A program made the translations under genes and the position numbers. Under the pieces are notes generated by a model. The model was not told where the DNA came from. It did no database searches and worked only from the letters and a program-made list of their open reading frames with translations. A DNA stretch of 20,000 bases from an uncultured virus (IMG/VR IMGVR_UViG_3300012267_000003) (lineage: Duplodnaviria > Heunggongvirae > Uroviricota > Caudoviricetes): the IMG/VR virus record IMGVR_UViG_3300012267_000003. The stretch is one strand, 5' to 3'. Of this stretch, positions 16,575-20,000 are shown piece by piece (positions within the stretch are counted from its first letter, which is position 1; every line of letters begins with the position of its first letter).

Positions 16575-16949
16575 ATGTGGACACAAGAAGCGCTATATCG
16601 GTATCATTCTCCCTCCTACCCAAATTTTACATTCTACTATGTACCTCTTCCAAGGTACAAGCAGAAGCAATTTCGACGGGGATATCATAAATTTGCAAAT
16701 ACCCAAGATTTTATGTCGGATCTTCTCCGGAAGCGGTTGGTCGTAATGGAAGAGAAATCGGACGGCATGGTTTATCGCTATGCATGGCCCGAAGAGGAAG
16801 ACGTACAGGAGCATTTACTAAAGAGATTGCCCAAGGGTCTAATCATCGAGTCGGGAGCTGTGGTGCTCGGTTGGATGCGAGCGACAGACGAGGAAGCTGA
16901 GATGTTTATGGATCGGGTTGTGGGAGATCTGAAAGAAGTGATCCTGTAA
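16575..16949 (+). CDS. Hypothetical protein
   Basis: SD-like GAGGGG upstream; 124-aa ORF. Confidence 0.7.
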   Translation: MWTQEALYRYHSPSYPNFTFYYVPLPRYKQKQFRRGYHKFANTQDFMSDLLRKRLVVMEEKSDGMVYRYAWPEEEDVQEHLLKRLPKGLIIESGAVVLGWMRATDEEAEMFMDRVVGDLKEVIL

Positions 16950-17027
16950 TAGGGAGGTCGGTTTTTCCCTTATATAAAGGGTATGGTAGGTAAACTACTG
17001 TACCCTTTTTTAGTGGAGCCCTTTCTA

Positions 17028-17483
17028 ATGTCCAACTTAGTACAACAACTTACAAAACTGGGAAAAGTGCGAAAAGATCTTCGCCATATTCGAAATGTCC
17101 TAGATCAATTAAGATTGAGTTCCCGTGTAGCTCGTAAATATACGGGACGTGCTCAAGCTAGGGAAATTAAAAAGCGCCTAGAGCGGGAAGTCCCGGCTGC
17201 GGCTCGTAGAAAATATGATGATTATATCGAATATCAAATTGCAGATTCCGGTCTGGGGCGTGGGGACTCAATGGATCCCGAGGTATATCTCGTGGTGAAA
17301 TGGGGAGATCCCACCGACCCTTTCGTACGGAACGTTATTTTAGAGATGCGAGATACCTATCACGCTTTCATCCGTACTGCTACTTTTAAGCTCAGCAACA
17401 ACAGAAAGACGTGGGATGAGAGCACTCAGACGATAGAGGCCAACGCCGATGGTATGGTCCGAGAACTCCTAGCAATGATTTAA
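17028..17483 (+). CDS. Hypothetical protein with the shared N-terminal tag (putative internal head protein)
   Basis: Start reassigned to ATG 17028 (SD GGAG at 17015-17018). MSNLVQQLTKLGKVRKDLRHIRNVLDQL parallels the N-terminus of the 14092 protein. Confidence 0.8.
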   Translation: MSNLVQQLTKLGKVRKDLRHIRNVLDQLRLSSRVARKYTGRAQAREIKKRLEREVPAAARRKYDDYIEYQIADSGLGRGDSMDPEVYLVVKWGDPTDPFVRNVILEMRDTYHAFIRTATFKLSNNRKTWDESTQTIEANADGMVRELLAMI

Positions 17484-17492
17484 GGGAGTACT

Positions 17493-18824
17493 ATGGTTAA
17501 TCGGGATAGAAAGACCAAAACCAAGGAGCGTCAGAATCCGACGCATCCCAACCCTCCTATGAATGTGAATGCCCAGTGGTCATATTCAGCAGAAGAGGAC
17601 GCGGTTGATCTATATTGGGAAGACCCATCCCTACTCCCCACTAATACGGGCTTTGATATTATAGGGGTAAACATCTATCGGTCATTTGATTCCGAGTATG
17701 GTCCTTACCACCGTCTCACTGATTTTCCAATAGGGGCGCAGTTTTATCGAGATCAAACCACTGTAGCTGTGGTGAGTGGCGAAGATGTATCTTCACGTTT
17801 TCTATCTACCGATGATGAGTCTGGGGGCTGGGTATTCCGGGTGGAAAATTACCCGCTTATTAGACCTGCGGATTCTGGGGTTATTGCTAATAGCATCCAT
17901 GACATAACTATTACAATTGACGGGGAGCAGGTAAAGCCGCTTCGTGTTATAGGAGAGACGGGGGAGATCTACCTGCAAACTCAACCCACTTATGACGTGG
18001 CCTCTAACGAGCGTATCGACGCTATTTTACCTCGTCCGGATTCCGTAGTCTTGTGCTCTTATAGCTACCGGACGAACACAATAGAGAGTGCCCTGCACCG
18101 CCGGACTTTCTATAGGATCACCACAGTAGGTTACTCATCTTGGGATGGGGAACTAAAAGAGACGCCCTTGAATTGGTCGGAGGCTGCTCATATTCACCAG
18201 AATGAGAATCTTGACTATATCTGGGAAGAGGCTATTAGGCGGAACAGGTGGATACTAGATCAAGGTGGGGAGCGCGTTAAGCTATTCATCCACAAGTACC
18301 GTGGAGTGCCCTGTGGGTGTCACCGGAGGACTTCTGACCCCCATCCCTATAACCAATGCGGTGTGTGTTTTGGTACTGGCATTAGGGGAGGCTACGAGGG
18401 TCCCTATGAGATTTTACTAGCCCCTCCCAATTCGAAAAGATCTTCTCAGCAAAGTAGCTGGGGACGAGAGCACGCTAAAAATTATGACGTCTGGACGGGT
18501 CCGCGTCCTTTGCTATCCCAACGGGACTTCATTGTAAAACTCAATGGAGATAGATATTCCATAGGGCCTGTGTCTGTACCTACTAATAGAGGTTCGGTGC
18601 TGCAACAGCATTTTGATGTAAACCTTTTGGCCAGTAATGATATTCGTCACGAGGTGCCAATACTCGGGACAGATGGGTTGGCCTTCCCTGAGACTAGAAC
18701 GATGGACTGGGATGATGAGCCCGATGAGCTAAGGTACCCTCAGATCACAGGGACGGAAGGCTCCGCCGGAGTTCAAGAGAGTGGACGAACTGCTGTTTGG
18801 GAAAATATCTCAGGAGGGAGTTAG
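17493..18824 (+). CDS. Putative head-closure/neck protein with an N-terminal FN3-like domain and a Zn-binding insert
   Basis: SD AAGGGAG. FN3-like motifs PNPPMNV...DLYWEDP...GVNIYRS...FYRITTV are followed by GGERVKLF, CGC...CGVCFGTG and LLSQRDFIVKLNGDRYSIGPV, resembling SPP1 gp16 / lambda gpFII / T4 gp14-like stoppers. Confidence 0.65.
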   Translation: MVNRDRKTKTKERQNPTHPNPPMNVNAQWSYSAEEDAVDLYWEDPSLLPTNTGFDIIGVNIYRSFDSEYGPYHRLTDFPIGAQFYRDQTTVAVVSGEDVSSRFLSTDDESGGWVFRVENYPLIRPADSGVIANSIHDITITIDGEQVKPLRVIGETGEIYLQTQPTYDVASNERIDAILPRPDSVVLCSYSYRTNTIESALHRRTFYRITTVGYSSWDGELKETPLNWSEAAHIHQNENLDYIWEEAIRRNRWILDQGGERVKLFIHKYRGVPCGCHRRTSDPHPYNQCGVCFGTGIRGGYEGPYEILLAPPNSKRSSQQSSWGREHAKNYDVWTGPRPLLSQRDFIVKLNGDRYSIGPVSVPTNRGSVLQQHFDVNLLASNDIRHEVPILGTDGLAFPETRTMDWDDEPDELRYPQITGTEGSAGVQESGRTAVWENISGGS

Positions 18825-18829
18825 TCTTT

Positions 18830-19414
18830 GTGATTTTTTACCGTGGGATTATAAGCCGAATAGAGTGGGATCCGACGAACAATGCTACTAATTTAATAGA
18901 AGCCCTGTTCGAGTCCTATGTACGCGGTAAAAAGATATGGGCTGATAGGGAAGTTGTATATGAGAGAGATGGAGCCCTGCACGTATCCTTTGGTAGAGGT
19001 AAAGGACATACCTCGGCAATTCTCCAATTCTTAGATGGTTATGAGGATCTACAGGTTGCGGTGATCACCCACGACCCTGCGATGTTGAGTGGTGTGTCAG
19101 CACTTGATCCCAACCCCTTAAACAGGTACTATTCAGTAGCGGAGGCTGACTCCGGGTTGAGAGGGTGGTATCCGGACGTAGTTTTTATTGATCTGTCATG
19201 GGATGATTATAATGCTCATTTAGAGCCTCTATATCGTCTCACAACGATGTACCGCAATCTCCCTCACCGTACCCCCATTATATCTACAATTAGTGATGGA
19301 GTGCGTACGAGTAGCATTAAGGCCCTCGTTACAATTCAGGTTGAAGACTATTCAATTAACCTCCAGAAATTGGTAAGTGGTTATGGCATCTCGAAAAAAT
19401 ATATTGCTATCTGA
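18830..19414 (+). CDS. Small degenerate P-loop NTPase-like protein
   Basis: Likely GTG start at 18830 (GGAG at 18817-18820). GRGKGHTS is Walker A-like with K replaced by H; LRGWYPDVVFID is Walker B-like. Confidence 0.5.
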   Translation: MIFYRGIISRIEWDPTNNATNLIEALFESYVRGKKIWADREVVYERDGALHVSFGRGKGHTSAILQFLDGYEDLQVAVITHDPAMLSGVSALDPNPLNRYYSVAEADSGLRGWYPDVVFIDLSWDDYNAHLEPLYRLTTMYRNLPHRTPIISTISDGVRTSSIKALVTIQVEDYSINLQKLVSGYGISKKYIAI

Positions 19415-19445
19415 GCGGTTTGCTTCTGTAGCAGACAGGGAGGGT

Positions 19446-19619
19446 ATGAGTCTTCGGATCCAGATATCCGCATCACAGTGTTCTCCTTTGTATCAAATTT
19501 TCCTTAATAACCAAACGGCGACCTCTCGCATCGTGGGTACGGTTAGAGATCGGAATGAGGCCCGTAACCGGTGGGCCACTAACGCTAAGGAAGACAGGGG
19601 GTGGTACTATGTTGGATAA
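19446..19619 (+). CDS. Small hypothetical protein, first member of a tandem paralog array (shares the C-terminal half)
   Basis: ATG 19446 follows AGGGAGGGT; the protein ends RIVGTV...YYVG, like the next ORF. Confidence 0.5.
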   Translation: MSLRIQISASQCSPLYQIFLNNQTATSRIVGTVRDRNEARNRWATNAKEDRGWYYVG

Positions 19620-19896
19620 TAAATTGAATGATGTATATACGCTTTATGAGATGAGGTACCTAGATTTTGAGGGACCTTTTCAAGTTCGACATACTAGTTG
19701 CGGGGTGGAGATCATAAACCCTACCACCCAGACGCCTACTATGTTCCCCTCAACAAAGATTAAAGGTACTCGGAGAAAGTCTGATAGAACCGGAAGTCAG
19801 GGGGGTAGGATCGTGGGTACTGTAGCTGAGATCACGGCTGAAAGGGAGAGAATTGGGCGTGAAATAGACGGGCCGGGACCTTTTTATGTTGGTTAA
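19609..19896 (+). CDS. Hypothetical protein, tandem paralog
   Basis: MLDNKLNDVYTL...RIVGTV...FYVG; 11-nt overlap with the previous ORF. Confidence 0.7.
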   Translation: MLDNKLNDVYTLYEMRYLDFEGPFQVRHTSCGVEIINPTTQTPTMFPSTKIKGTRRKSDRTGSQGGRIVGTVAEITAERERIGREIDGPGPFYVG

Positions 19897-20000
19897 TAGG
19901 CTAAATGATGTTTACACGCTGGCTCAGACTGGGGTGATAGATCGATGGCCCGACGACTGTCGGTTCAAGGTACGGAGACAGGGGTCTGGTGTGCGAGTAG
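19886..20000 (+). CDS. 3'-truncated tandem paralog (not in the ORF track)
   Basis: Hand translation gives MLVNRLNDVYTLAQTGVIDRWPDDCRFKVRRQGSGVRV..., open to the window end and matching MLDNKLNDVYTL...FQVRHTSCGV. Confidence 0.7.
   Translation, partial: MLVNRLNDVYTLAQTGVIDRWPDDCRFKVRRQGSGVRV

Noticed and set aside
3177..16987. GGTATGGT upstream of three genes (3177, 4625, 16980)
   Set aside because: It also occurs inside coding regions (about 1805 and 17451) and its spacing to start codons varies, so the evidence is too weak.
1..20000. CRISPR array, tRNA, integrase/transposase, reverse transcriptase or stop-codon reassignment
   Set aside because: No regularly spaced repeats, cloverleafs or catalytic motifs were seen. 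Genes tile densely under the standard code, with TAA, TGA and TAG all used as stops.

Overview
This window is the head/neck morphogenesis module of a large tailed dsDNA bacteriophage (HK97-fold capsid, standard genetic code, Shine-Dalgarno-led genes). It is probably a jumbo-type phage; the host cannot be determined from this sequence. Plus-strand gene order: the 3' end of an upstream gene; an acidic scaffold-like protein; a Gly-rich head decoration-like protein; the major capsid protein (MCP) with a strong terminator; two degenerate MCP paralogs flanking a SieB-like membrane protein; a run of small putative virion/head proteins; SWIM and FmdB-type Zn proteins; Ig-domain proteins; head-tail adaptor and head-closure (neck) proteins; a degenerate P-loop protein; and the start of a tandem paralog array. 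A two-gene minus-strand island with a near-consensus sigma70 promoter interrupts the module and encodes a very acidic 97-aa protein. The most notable observations are (1) a shared ~22-aa peptide tag (L-x-x-[LI]G-x4-L[RQ]-x-[HY]-[IL]R-x-[VI]L, followed by [KR]-x-A) on four otherwise unrelated proteins, plus a second [RK]-[VI]-A-x-x-[YH] tag on six proteins, suggesting a capsid-cargo targeting and protease-processing code; (2) MCP paralogs with internal deletions; and (3) a candidate phage late-promoter motif, TAAT-N5-TAT. All product calls come from reading motifs and gene order by eye; no database searches were run.
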